From assembly GCA_963677925.2 (NCBI GenBank), contig CAXXYH010000004.1, positions 32,001 through 96,000 of the forward strand: a DNA stretch of 64,000 nt, written 5' to 3'. Below the pieces are notes generated by a model that was not told the DNA's origin, searched no databases, and saw nothing but the letters and a program-made list of their open reading frames with translations. The position numbers and the translations under genes were made by a program. The stretch comes from Spirochaetia bacterium (GTDB lineage Bacteria > Spirochaetota > Spirochaetia > UBA9216). Shown piece by piece: positions 36,630 through 45,956 of this stretch. Every line of letters starts with the position of its first letter. Positions within the stretch are counted from its first letter, which is position 1.

Positions 36630-37496
36630 TCAGCAGAATTTTTCCCTTAGGAATTCCAGCGACTTTTTAATTTTCAGATTCATTTCCTCAGGACTTGCCC
36701 CCTCGCTCAGATCTCTCCAGACTTTTATGTCCTTTCCTACCTGACCGCCGTCAAAATAAAAGGGTTCCATGACAACTCCGCCGTCAAATCCGATATCTTT
36801 TAGTGCTTTTGCAATACCGTCCCAATCCAGCGAGCCTTCACCGGGCAGCTTTCTGTTTCCTTCACCGACATGAAGATGTGAGAGCCTCTTTCCTGCTGTT
36901 CGTATAGCATCGGGAAGATTATCCTCTTCTATGTTCATATGAAATGTATCAAGCAGCATGCTCACATTGGGGTGACCGACCTGCTCACAGAACTTGTTTG
37001 CCTCAGCGGCAGTATTCAGGATATGTGTTTCAAAACGGTTAACTACTTCAAGACTGATCTGGACATCACATTCCGCAGCAACTTCGGCAAGCCTCTTAAC
37101 ACTCTCAACACCGCGTGCCCATATAGCCGGTTTATCCAGATCTGAAAAATCATTAGGCCAGTAAGTGTACTGAACACCGACAATAATTTTGGAACCGAGC
37201 ACTTTCATAGCCCGCATAATATCTGAAAGGAATTTAATCCCTGCTTCACGTACTGCGGGATCTGCTGAAGCGACATCTTTATCCTTTGCCGGACCGATAT
37301 TACATGTAATCTCCAGTCCCAGTTCTTCAGCATGTTTTTTTAGTTTTAAAATTTCATCTTCCGACATCTCTAAAAGATGTCCTGCACCAATCTCAAGAAT
37401 GTCAAAACCAGCTGTTTTTACCCGGTCCGCTATCTCAATATAGTCGCAGCTCCACTCATTCCCCCAATAGGAATACAATGTTCCAAATTTCATCAT
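36630..37496 (-). CDS. D-psicose/D-tagatose 3-epimerase family protein
   Basis: KFGTLYSYW, EVVNRFE, LDTFHMNIEE, HVGEGNR.LPG, MEPF, IKVWRDL; start reassigned to ATG after AGAGG. Confidence 0.85.
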   Translation of the reverse strand: MMKFGTLYSYWGNEWSCDYIEIADRVKTAGFDILEIGAGHLLEMSEDEILKLKKHAEELGLEITCNIGPAKDKDVASADPAVREAGIKFLSDIMRAMKVLGSKIIVGVQYTYWPNDFSDLDKPAIWARGVESVKRLAEVAAECDVQISLEVVNRFETHILNTAAEANKFCEQVGHPNVSMLLDTFHMNIEEDNLPDAIRTAGKRLSHLHVGEGNRKLPGEGSLDWDGIAKALKDIGFDGGVVMEPFYFDGGQVGKDIKVWRDLSEGASPEEMNLKIKKSLEFLREKFC

Positions 37497-37563
37497 TTCA
37501 CCTCTAATATCCGCCTGCACCAGATGATAAATAATCAAAACAATACATTACTGATTTACTACC

Positions 37564-37584
37564 AAATTGTGCTCGAGCACATTT
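37564..37584. promoter_or_regulatory. LacI-family operator O1
   Basis: Perfect 14-bp palindrome TGTGCTCGAGCACA (37568-37581) within AAT...TTT flanks, in the divergent intergenic region. Confidence 0.75.
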
Positions 37585-37722
37585 ATTTGTGATCGCAATA
37601 TAACACGGTTTTTTTCATCCCGCAAGAAAATTTTTGCTATTTTCGGACTAATTTTAGCAAAATTTATTCGATTTTATTAATTTTTGTCCATTTAACCGGT
37701 TTTTAACGATAAACGCTTGAAA

Positions 37723-37735
37723 CAAATTGTGCTCG
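37723..37735. promoter_or_regulatory. Second LacI operator half-site
   Basis: CAAATTGTGCTCG, identical to 37563-37575 and 160 bp away, directly after TTGAAA (possible -35). Confidence 0.55.
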
Positions 37736-37816
37736 TGTGTTATTTTGTGTTAAAAATTAATAGTAATTTAATCTACTTATATATATAATAAGTAGCACCA
37801 GATCGGAGGAAATTTT

Positions 37817-38845
37817 GTGGCTGTTACCATCAAACAGATAGCTGAACTTGCAGAGGTATCAAGGGGAACCGTTGATAAGGTTCTCAACGGAAGACCCGGT
37901 GTAAAAACAGAAACAAAAGAACGAATCCTCAAGATAGCAAAAGAGCTCAACTACAAGCCTAATTACCTGGGAAAAGCCCTGGTAATGAGCAAGGAAAAAA
38001 CTAAAATCGGAGTAATCCTGACTCCCGAGTACAACCCCTTTGTTCATGAAATAATCCAGGGTATCCATAATGCCCAGGCCGAGTTTGAGCTTTTTGGAAT
38101 TGAAATAGCAATCAAAATGCTCAGCACCCTTGAACCGGCAGAACAGATAGGTATTCTAAATCACTTTGAAAATGAAAACTTCGCCGGAGTAGCTGTTTTC
38201 CCGCTGAATGATAAACAGATCATCGATAAAATAAATACGATGAGCCGAAAAGGCATAGCAATCATAACCTTCAATTCTCAGATTCAGGAAATTAACGACA
38301 TTTGCTTTGTAGGACAGGATCACTATAGGGGAGGAAGAACCGCAGCCGGATTACTGAACAAGCTTCTTCCCGACGGCGGTCGAGTCGGAATTATTATAAG
38401 CTCCAAAAATCTTTCCTGCCATCAGGACCGTCTGAAAGGATTTACCGATAAAATCAACGATTTCCATGCTGATCTTGACATCGTCAGAGTGGAAGAGAAC
38501 CAGGACAGAACCGAAACAGCTTTTCAGATTACGATGAGTTATCTGAAAGCCTTTCCTGATTTAAGAGGAATCTACATCACCGGCGGCGGGGCTGCAGGAG
38601 TGGGCAAGGCAATTGATCTGGCTGAAAAATCCGGAAAAATAAAGCTCATTTGCCATGATATAATTCCTGATACCGTAAAACTGCTGAAAGAAGAAATTGC
38701 AGACTTTACTCTTGGTCAGAACCCCGAACTCCAGGGTTACATTTTAATAAAAACAATGTTTGACTACCTGATAAAACAGCAGAAACCTGAAAACAAGGTA
38801 ATTGATGTACCCATTGAAATATTCACTGCCGATACTATCGATTAG
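37817..38845 (+). CDS. LacI family transcriptional regulator
   Basis: TIKQIAELAEVSRGTVDKVLN HTH, YKPN, sugar-binding domain. Confidence 0.95.
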   Translation: MAVTIKQIAELAEVSRGTVDKVLNGRPGVKTETKERILKIAKELNYKPNYLGKALVMSKEKTKIGVILTPEYNPFVHEIIQGIHNAQAEFELFGIEIAIKMLSTLEPAEQIGILNHFENENFAGVAVFPLNDKQIIDKINTMSRKGIAIITFNSQIQEINDICFVGQDHYRGGRTAAGLLNKLLPDGGRVGIIISSKNLSCHQDRLKGFTDKINDFHADLDIVRVEENQDRTETAFQITMSYLKAFPDLRGIYITGGGAAGVGKAIDLAEKSGKIKLICHDIIPDTVKLLKEEIADFTLGQNPELQGYILIKTMFDYLIKQQKPENKVIDVPIEIFTADTID

Positions 38846-38863
38846 GTTTAATTAAGCATCTGC

Positions 38864-39871
38864 CTATACCCCTGTTATATCCCTTTTAAGCATCTCAAGC
38901 ATCTTATCTACATTATCCCTGTTTGCGCGGTAGTATATACGCTTACGCTCACCCTGCTCATAACTTACAAGATCAAGGGCTGATAATTTACTCATGTGGT
39001 ACGAAACTGTTGCAGAAGTAATATTCAGCTCATCTGCTATCTCTCTGATAAACCAGGGCTTCCTGCAGAGCATCTGTAATATTGTCCGCCGGCTTTCATC
39101 TGCCAGCAGACTGTAAATCTGATCGAGAGGAATACTGCCGCTGTCCTCCAGCAGAAACCTGCACCGGCCGTAAATTATAGTTGAAGGATTATCAATGTAG
39201 ATGATATCCAGCTCATCAAAGAAACTTATCAGCAGCTGACCGGTTTCCAGACCATCTTCAGGCTTGGTTCTGCAGTATCCGCTGAAAAATCTGTCCGGCT
39301 CCGAGTCAAGAACCACTTGATCCGCTTTGATCTGCCGGGAAATTTCATCCTTGACAATTTCTGAAAAAGGAACAAACGCAACTTCAAGGAAGTTCCGCAT
39401 AGTATCGGCAAGCCGGCTGCGGTAGGCCTCCGGACACCGGGTATAATCAAGAAACTTTTCAGCTTCATTTTTTCTGGTTGTACCGTCAGCCAACCGGATA
39501 GCGCTGAGAATTTTATCGTCATCTCCTGATACATCAGCATAGCTCCTTCCGGTAAGATATGTATTGAAAAGTCTTTCTGTGAGTATCTTCGGATCTGCAG
39601 ATTCAAGCCTCTGAATCAGATTTTCCGGATCTATAATCTTTTCGTTAAGAGCAAGATCAACCGGAAGAAAAATCAGTCCGATAAAATCATGGATTAGATA
39701 ATTCAGATCCGCCTTTACAACACCGGAAAGTCCGCTATTTACTTCACCGTACCAGGCATCGAGCTCCGGACTGTAGTTATAGCCGGGAACAGAACCCTTT
39801 ATATCATCCCAGTGAACAAACTGAAGCATAGCACAGCAGAGATCTACGGCAGGGTTATACTCTATCTTCAA
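38864..39871 (-). CDS. Transcriptional regulator with C-terminal ArsR-type wHTH
   Basis: LADESRRTIL...EIADELNITSATVSYHMSKL at the C-terminus. Confidence 0.82.
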   Translation of the reverse strand: MKIEYNPAVDLCCAMLQFVHWDDIKGSVPGYNYSPELDAWYGEVNSGLSGVVKADLNYLIHDFIGLIFLPVDLALNEKIIDPENLIQRLESADPKILTERLFNTYLTGRSYADVSGDDDKILSAIRLADGTTRKNEAEKFLDYTRCPEAYRSRLADTMRNFLEVAFVPFSEIVKDEISRQIKADQVVLDSEPDRFFSGYCRTKPEDGLETGQLLISFFDELDIIYIDNPSTIIYGRCRFLLEDSGSIPLDQIYSLLADESRRTILQMLCRKPWFIREIADELNITSATVSYHMSKLSALDLVSYEQGERKRIYYRANRDNVDKMLEMLKRDITGV

Positions 39872-41078
39872 CAGGTTTCTCCTTTAAAAACAGATAAATA
39901 AATGAAAGAACGGCAAGCGCAAGACCGGCAACCAGCCAGGAGGTTCCTATTCCGGATCTATACGCCAGAAAACCGGCTAACAGTGAACCTGAAGCGCCCC
40001 CGAACTGAAGAAATAGCGAATTAAGAGACAACAGGGTGGAGCGCCGCTCAGAAGGAATATCCCGGTTAAATACTGTCATTTCCGGAGATCCGTTCAGTCC
40101 GTTTGCAAGCATAATCAGTAAATACAGGGGAATAAAACCTTCAATACTGTACATGAATGAAAGCGCTATATACATAACTGACATAATCAGTCTTGAAACA
40201 AACAGGACAAAAGCGTACCTGTTTTTAAACAGTTTTACAACATATACCGAAAGTGCGCTTCCGCCTGCAGCACAGACAAAATATCCGGATGAAACAACCC
40301 CCAGCAACCAGCTGCCTGTCTCAGGCGACAGCATCCTTAATTTCGGCTGCCACAGCTGTTCAAGACCCGAGAGGCCTATTCCAAGTCCAAAAGTTGCAAT
40401 TAAAATTATCAGAGTGTTCCGGCTTTTAAAACCATACTGAACAGCAGAACTGATAACATGCGGAAAAGCTCTGAATCCGTCAAGGATACGTCCTGAAAAC
40501 TTAGAACGATCCTCCTTTACCATAATTCCCGTAAGAATAATCTGAAGAGCATAAATTCCGACAAGAACCGCAATATTAGACCGGTATGAACCAGTGAGAT
40601 CCGGAATAAACCCGCCTGCAAGAGTTCCGGCACCGAGTGCGGCAGGTATGACAACACCCGCCTTCGCAAGAGCCTGCTGAAGCTGAGAATCATCCATACC
40701 TTCTTTTTTACATCCGTCAACAAACCAGGCCTCCATCGAGCCGGAAGAGAGAGCTCTCCCCGCCCCAAGCAGAAAGACAGAAATAAATAACAGATAAAAG
40801 CTTTGTGCAAACAGAATCACTGCATATCCGGTCATGTAAAAAGCTACTGCAAGCATATAGACGCGTTTTCTGCCGATTGAATCGGCAACTCCGCCTGTGG
40901 GCAGCTCCAGAACCATTACGGTAGTTCCCATTACAGCCATAATTGTTCCTACCTGGGCAATATTGAAGCCCATATCCAGAAGAACCAGAATCATAACCGG
41001 AGCAACTATCCCGACAGCAAACCAGTGAATTCCCTGGTTCAGTGAATAGATAAACAGAAGCCTATTATGTATTTTCAT
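39855..41078 (-). CDS. MFS transporter
   Basis: LELPTGGVADSIGRK, ALSSGSMEAW, IPSERRSTLLS. Confidence 0.9.
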   Translation of the reverse strand: MKIHNRLLFIYSLNQGIHWFAVGIVAPVMILVLLDMGFNIAQVGTIMAVMGTTVMVLELPTGGVADSIGRKRVYMLAVAFYMTGYAVILFAQSFYLLFISVFLLGAGRALSSGSMEAWFVDGCKKEGMDDSQLQQALAKAGVVIPAALGAGTLAGGFIPDLTGSYRSNIAVLVGIYALQIILTGIMVKEDRSKFSGRILDGFRAFPHVISSAVQYGFKSRNTLIILIATFGLGIGLSGLEQLWQPKLRMLSPETGSWLLGVVSSGYFVCAAGGSALSVYVVKLFKNRYAFVLFVSRLIMSVMYIALSFMYSIEGFIPLYLLIMLANGLNGSPEMTVFNRDIPSERRSTLLSLNSLFLQFGGASGSLLAGFLAYRSGIGTSWLVAGLALAVLSFIYLFLKEKPVEDRV

Positions 41079-41096
41079 AATATAAACATATCATGC

Positions 41097-41110
41097 TAGA
41101 TGCGTATCTA
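41097..41110. promoter_or_regulatory. Candidate operator upstream of MFS-ArsR pair
   Basis: TAGAT-gcgt-ATCTA palindrome, with another ATCTA half-site at 41121. Confidence 0.4.
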
Positions 41111-41153
41111 CAATACTAACATCTAACATAACTGTAAATTTTTAAAAATTTGC

Positions 41154-41185
41154 AAAAAAAAGCCTGTCCGGCAGGTGGACAGGCT
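41154..41185 (-). terminator. Intrinsic terminator after FMN-binding protein gene
   Basis: AGCCTGTCC-7 nt-GGACAGGCT with a T tract on the minus strand. Confidence 0.78.
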
Positions 41186-41229
41186 GAAAAAATATTAGGA
41201 TTGAGGCAATTTCAATTTGTTAATGCATG

Positions 41230-41637
41230 TTATTTTCCGTAAGCCTTCTTCACTGCATCCTCAACTGCAGCCATTATAGCCCTGCTTGTAGCCGTAGCAC
41301 CGGATACGGCATCAATGTCGGTTGACTGCTGTGCAATTATATCCTCAGGAATTACTTCCATAGGATACTGGTAATAACGCCTGCCGACCTCATTATGTTC
41401 TACAATCTGAACATCGACCAGTTTTCCGTTTTCAATTTCAACCTCAACAACCAGGCCCGGCCTGAACCCGTCGGCAGTACCGGTATAGGTTCCATCGGTC
41501 AGCTCGTAGGCCGTCAGATCAAGTCCGTCCGGAATAGTGTAATTGCTTTTGGATCTGAAAGCAAAAACACTGGTAGAGGCAAGACTCATCATGACAATCC
41601 CGATAACTAAAACCCTAGCGTAAAATTTTCTTTTCAT
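41230..41637 (-). CDS. Exported FMN-binding protein (flavinylation substrate)
   Basis: Signal peptide; DGTYTG, DAVSGATATS (SGAT flavinylation motif). Confidence 0.88.
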   Translation of the reverse strand: MKRKFYARVLVIGIVMMSLASTSVFAFRSKSNYTIPDGLDLTAYELTDGTYTGTADGFRPGLVVEVEIENGKLVDVQIVEHNEVGRRYYQYPMEVIPEDIIAQQSTDIDAVSGATATSRAIMAAVEDAVKKAYGK

Positions 41638-42328
41638 TTTTTATTCCTTTCCTGCTTAAAACAGGTCCATATGTTAAAGCGCCTTTCACAGGACACGCTT
41701 CTATACATTTAAAACAGTTGATACACTGAAAATTCCTGACATTCTTCTTTGCCGCAATTTTCACGCCGGTCGGACAGGCCCTGTCGCAGGCCCTGCAATT
41801 GATGCACTTATTCTCATTGCGTTTTATCGTAAACAGCCTCGCCAGGCTGAGCAGACCGTACTGGGCACCCTGGGTACAAAGATACCTGCAGAAAGGCCGT
41901 TCAATAAAAAGCGCCGCAAACATCAGCACGCCGAAAAGCACCCAGGAAGCAACAGTTACCCGTGCCACATTCAGAGACAGGATCCCCATGAATGTTCCGT
42001 AAGCTCCTGTTATGAACAGGCTTAATGCAAGTCCGGTAAAAGTCAGACCAAGAAGAATATACCTGCTGAACCTTAAAAACTTCTCAAGACGCCCGGGGAT
42101 TTTTACCATCGGAAGCCGCAGTTTGCGCCCCAGGGTCCACAGCCACGACTGAACAGCTCCGAAAGGACAGAGCCAGCCGCAGAAGAAAGCTCCGCCAATC
42201 AGAGCTGCAGCGAGAAGTACCATCATTGTAATGAAGTCCCGGCCGGCTATTCCTGCCGCAAGAACTGCAGCGTAGCCAAGCGGCAGCAGGATTCTTAGCA
42301 GGCTGTAGATATACGTTTTTCTTTTCAT
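41615..42328 (-). CDS. Membrane 4Fe-4S binding protein (NapH/NosR C-terminal-like)
   Basis: FCGWLCPFG, FCRYLC, two CxxCxxCxxxCP motifs. Confidence 0.88.
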   Translation of the reverse strand: MKRKTYIYSLLRILLPLGYAAVLAAGIAGRDFITMMVLLAAALIGGAFFCGWLCPFGAVQSWLWTLGRKLRLPMVKIPGRLEKFLRFSRYILLGLTFTGLALSLFITGAYGTFMGILSLNVARVTVASWVLFGVLMFAALFIERPFCRYLCTQGAQYGLLSLARLFTIKRNENKCINCRACDRACPTGVKIAAKKNVRNFQCINCFKCIEACPVKGALTYGPVLSRKGIKNEKKILR

Positions 42329-42421
42329 CTTAACTCCGCTGTAAATTGATATAAAAATTATTACAGCGGAAATGTAAATGAATTATGAAGAGGATATGTT
42401 TAAATAATTTCTTTCAGAAGA

Positions 42422-43183
42422 TTATTTTTTAAAAACAAAACTGATTGTCTTCTTATTACAGGCATCGGTACATTCACCGCAGAGTATGCATTCATCACTG
42501 AACATATTCTGCGACTGGACCATTGCCTGAACATCAAGAGACATCGGACAGGCTCTGGAGCAGAGACCGCAATTAACACAGCTGTCTTTTTCAGCCTTCA
42601 GCCCCATAGAAGGGATCCGGACAAGCTGCCCCAGCCGTCTGCCGAGAATCATAAAAGGAGCCATCCAGCATATGTAATGACAAAAACTTCTCTTTCCGGC
42701 AGCGAGCGCCGGAATCAGTATGAGCAGAAGAACCGGAATGTAGATGATGTAGGCCTGCGGTCTGGTGACAGACATACCGTAATCGGTACCTATGAAAGGA
42801 TCGAGTGTTTTAATTCCGCCTGCTTTCACAAAAAAAAGTACGATGACGGCCAGCCATGGAACCCATAAAATAAATTTGATCAGATTTGCCTTCCCGCCCC
42901 TCGCCGGCTTATCTATTCCGGCAGCGGCACACTCCTGCAGGCCGCCGGCAGGACAAACCCATCCGCAGAAAGCTCTACCGAAAAGTATCGAAAAAACAAA
43001 CATCCCGGAGAACAGCAGAAAACTGAAAGAAACGGCCCCCTGCGCCGCACCCATGATAATCAGATAGGGTGAAAAGTAAAACACTGTAATCGGAAACAGC
43101 ATAAAAGAGATCAGAAGAATCGTCCGTCTGACCCTCTGTTTCCGCGGGACTCTAGTTTTAAACTGTTTCATATTTCCGGTCAT
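42422..43183 (-). CDS. Membrane 4Fe-4S binding protein (NapH-like)
   Basis: RAFCGWVCPAG, FCHYICWM, CVNCGLCSRACP, CILCGECTDAC. Confidence 0.88.
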   Translation of the reverse strand: MTGNMKQFKTRVPRKQRVRRTILLISFMLFPITVFYFSPYLIIMGAAQGAVSFSFLLFSGMFVFSILFGRAFCGWVCPAGGLQECAAAGIDKPARGGKANLIKFILWVPWLAVIVLFFVKAGGIKTLDPFIGTDYGMSVTRPQAYIIYIPVLLLILIPALAAGKRSFCHYICWMAPFMILGRRLGQLVRIPSMGLKAEKDSCVNCGLCSRACPMSLDVQAMVQSQNMFSDECILCGECTDACNKKTISFVFKK

Positions 43184-43304
43184 ATCCGCTCCTCTGCAGT
43201 TTTTGGGTTAATGCAGTATAAACCCTGAACACCGATTTAAGAATTTTATATTTCTTTAACAGTATAAATACGGCTGAATGTTCCCTGGAGATAATATTTT
43301 TACA

Positions 43305-43784
43305 TCAGCCGCCCTGGACTGAAATATACTCCTTTACAGACTCTACAATCAGGCGGTGATCATCCAGATGATCTGGAAGACCGGATACGCAAATTGAGCC
43401 TATAACACCGGTATTTTTAACTGAAAGCGGAAACCCGCCTCCGCCTGCAACATAGGAAGTCTCATCAAGAAAACGGCCTTTAATATCGGTTCCGAAGAGT
43501 TCCAGCCAGTACATGAATCTCAGAGATGACATCCTCATAAGATCAACGCTGTTCCGCTTCCGCATAAGCCAAAGCTCGCTGTCAGGTATCGATCCTTCGG
43601 TAAAAAGCCTGAATACAACCAAACCGTTGATTGTTATCTCAATGGCTACAGGCGCAGGGTAATCAGCGGATTTTTCCTTAATAATCAAGCCGAGGTTCAG
43701 CGCATCATCATAGGTAAATTTCCTGAAAACAAGATCTTTCTCCTCAGCTTCAAGTTCATCAAATTTTTCTTTTGCAGTGTCCAT
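43305..43784 (-). CDS. Heme-binding/heme-degrading domain protein (UPF0303/GlcG-like)
   Basis: W..RKRNSV, GGGFP, SGLP...DH. Confidence 0.8.
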   Translation of the reverse strand: MDTAKEKFDELEAEEKDLVFRKFTYDDALNLGLIIKEKSADYPAPVAIEITINGLVVFRLFTEGSIPDSELWLMRKRNSVDLMRMSSLRFMYWLELFGTDIKGRFLDETSYVAGGGGFPLSVKNTGVIGSICVSGLPDHLDDHRLIVESVKEYISVQGG

Positions 43785-43806
43785 TTAAACTCCTTTGTTA
43801 ATAACT

Positions 43807-44760
43807 TCAGACATGATTAAGGAGGCCTATTTCAACCGGATGCGGATACAGATAGTACTGCAGTTCAAGGTAGGGCTCCCGGTATTTCCGGACATAATGA
43901 CGGAACAAGGTAAGCGGAACGATTAAAGGAACAAGCTCGTTATAATACTGTTCAGAGGCTTCAAGCAGCTCAGCACGTTCATCATCACTGATAAGCTTTC
44001 GGAAATATCCGGCCATATGCAGCAGAACATTGTAGTTCTTCTTTCTGGTCTTCTGTAACTCAAGAGCTTTAAGAAGTTCAGCCCTGTACTCTTCAAGGAG
44101 ATCGGAGAAATTACCGCTTCCAGCCCTGGATACAATCTTTCCCATCTCCTTCTGTTTCTGCGGACTGTGGGCCATAAGGGTATATTTATGCCTGCTGTGA
44201 AAATCAACCAGGGCAGAAGGACCCTCACCGGCAACAAGCTCACGCCACCGCTGCAGAATGAAGATAGTTTCTATAAAGTTCTCCCTTATACCCGGATCAT
44301 GCAGCCGGCCTTCGTCCTCAACGGGAACATCAGGAAAATGCCTGACGAAGGCGGCAGCAAAGAGTCCCTGCCCATTGTAACTGACAGGATTCCCGGATTC
44401 TCCGTATACCTTAACAGCCCGGAGTCCGCTTGATGGGCTTTTAGTCTTGAATATATAGGCTACAAGGTCTTCAGATTCCAGCTGTTTCAGCCTTTTATCC
44501 GCCCAGCTCTTCATCTGCTCAGTGTAGTCCACTCCGGTTTTTCCTGTTACAAGCCGCGGATCTTCAGGATCTCCCACAAGTCTCAAACTTTCTCTGGGAA
44601 TAGACATGCCGCACTCAACCTCGGGACAGACCGGAACAAATTCACACCATTTACCAAGCGTACCGGTTATAAATCTGTCCAGTTTATGCTGACCGTCAAA
44701 ACGGACTTCATTACCCAGAAGGCAGCTGCTTATTCCGATTTTGATTTTTTCCATAACCAA
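43807..44760 (-). CDS. DUF523 (TudS desulfidase) - DUF1722 fusion protein (YbgA/RudS-like)
   Basis: GISSCLLG..VRFDG.H, PVCPEVECG, KSPSSG, EDEGRL, FHSRHKY.LMAH, N...H..GYF, YL..QYYL.P. Confidence 0.88.
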   Translation of the reverse strand: MVMEKIKIGISSCLLGNEVRFDGQHKLDRFITGTLGKWCEFVPVCPEVECGMSIPRESLRLVGDPEDPRLVTGKTGVDYTEQMKSWADKRLKQLESEDLVAYIFKTKSPSSGLRAVKVYGESGNPVSYNGQGLFAAAFVRHFPDVPVEDEGRLHDPGIRENFIETIFILQRWRELVAGEGPSALVDFHSRHKYTLMAHSPQKQKEMGKIVSRAGSGNFSDLLEEYRAELLKALELQKTRKKNYNVLLHMAGYFRKLISDDERAELLEASEQYYNELVPLIVPLTLFRHYVRKYREPYLELQYYLYPHPVEIGLLNHV

Positions 44761-44799
44761 TTATCGGACTATTGCTATACCCTTGTCCAGTCCTTATCA

Positions 44800-45564
44800 T
44801 CAGGGTCGGAAAGAGGGTTCCCTGTATCTGGCTCTGCCCGGCGAAGCCATAAGCTCAATTGCCGATGAAGGACAGAGATTGAGACAGCGCAGACAGACTG
44901 AACAGTCTTTTCCCCATGAAGGCCTGCCCTTTATCAGAGATATATTCTGATGCGGACATATCCGGGCACAGACACCGCATGATTCGCAGTTTTCTGTTGT
45001 ATTAAACTTTTTAACAGCGGCTCCGGGCATCGCTGCATTAAAGAAAACAGACAGGGCTTTCTGCTTACCGGTCAGGTTTCCGGACGAAAAAATATTTTCA
45101 CCGCTGTAAATCTTCCCGGCAAAGGCTGCTGCTGATTCAGCGGCCCTGGCCCGCATGCCGGCAGCTATATCTTCGGACTCGGTTTCTTCGGTAATGACTG
45201 AGCTTGAAGGAGTAAAAACATCGGCGGTACCGATTACAGAGTAACCCTTTCTCTTCAGGATTTTCGCTGCTGTCTCCTTGGTCATTCCCGGGCTGCTGTG
45301 ACTGTTGGCAATAATAAATGCTTCTCGGCCGTCCAAAGCAGGCATGGACTTTAAAAACCTTTTTACAGCCGCCGGAAGGTTGAGTCCGTAGACAGGGAAG
45401 ACTATCCCCGCAATATGCGCCTTCCTTTCCGCCTGGATGCCGGGCAGGATTTCAACAGCATCAGCCTGTGCGCCTAAAGCACGTATCCGGTCCCTTGCAG
45501 ATTCAGCAACAAGCTTTGTATTTCCTGTTCCGGTGAAATAATAAATTATTGTTCGTTCTATCAT
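44800..45564 (-). CDS. EFR1 family flavodoxin-ferredoxin fusion
   Basis: YFTGTGNT, FPVY, C-terminal CESCGVCARICP and CSVCLRCLNLCP. Confidence 0.88.
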   Translation of the reverse strand: MIERTIIYYFTGTGNTKLVAESARDRIRALGAQADAVEILPGIQAERKAHIAGIVFPVYGLNLPAAVKRFLKSMPALDGREAFIIANSHSSPGMTKETAAKILKRKGYSVIGTADVFTPSSSVITEETESEDIAAGMRARAAESAAAFAGKIYSGENIFSSGNLTGKQKALSVFFNAAMPGAAVKKFNTTENCESCGVCARICPHQNISLIKGRPSWGKDCSVCLRCLNLCPSSAIELMASPGRARYREPSFRP

Positions 45565-45574
45565 CAGTATCCAC

Positions 45575-45955
45575 CTATCCACGGATCAGATTTACAGCTG
45601 TCTGGGAGACAGCCACAGTCCATTTAATAAGAATGAAGACTCCGAGAAAAACAAGGGCATTACGGTGTGACACAAGGACCGGTACTGATTTCCCGGCAAG
45701 AACCGAAACTGATACGACAAGCAGCATTATCCCGCATAGAGCACCCAAAACCATTCCAAGACTCTTCGGGCCGTAGGTCTTCAGTGTTATCTGAATACCA
45801 AGAGAACACATAACCAGTGCAAGGACCATAGCCGCTATGTACACGCTGCGATCTGAAGCTCCGAAGGGAACACTTCGGCCGGAAAGATGAGCAAAGATCA
45901 TCGATAGATTCAGTGCTCCGATAACTGTTGATAAGACAGACATTATTATTGTCAT
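45575..45955 (-). CDS. Small 4-TM hypothetical membrane protein
   Basis: Four hydrophobic segments; ATG 45955 after GGAG, directly after the upstream stop. Confidence 0.65.
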   Translation of the reverse strand: MTIIMSVLSTVIGALNLSMIFAHLSGRSVPFGASDRSVYIAAMVLALVMCSLGIQITLKTYGPKSLGMVLGALCGIMLLVVSVSVLAGKSVPVLVSHRNALVFLGVFILIKWTVAVSQTAVNLIRG

Positions 45956-45956
45956 T

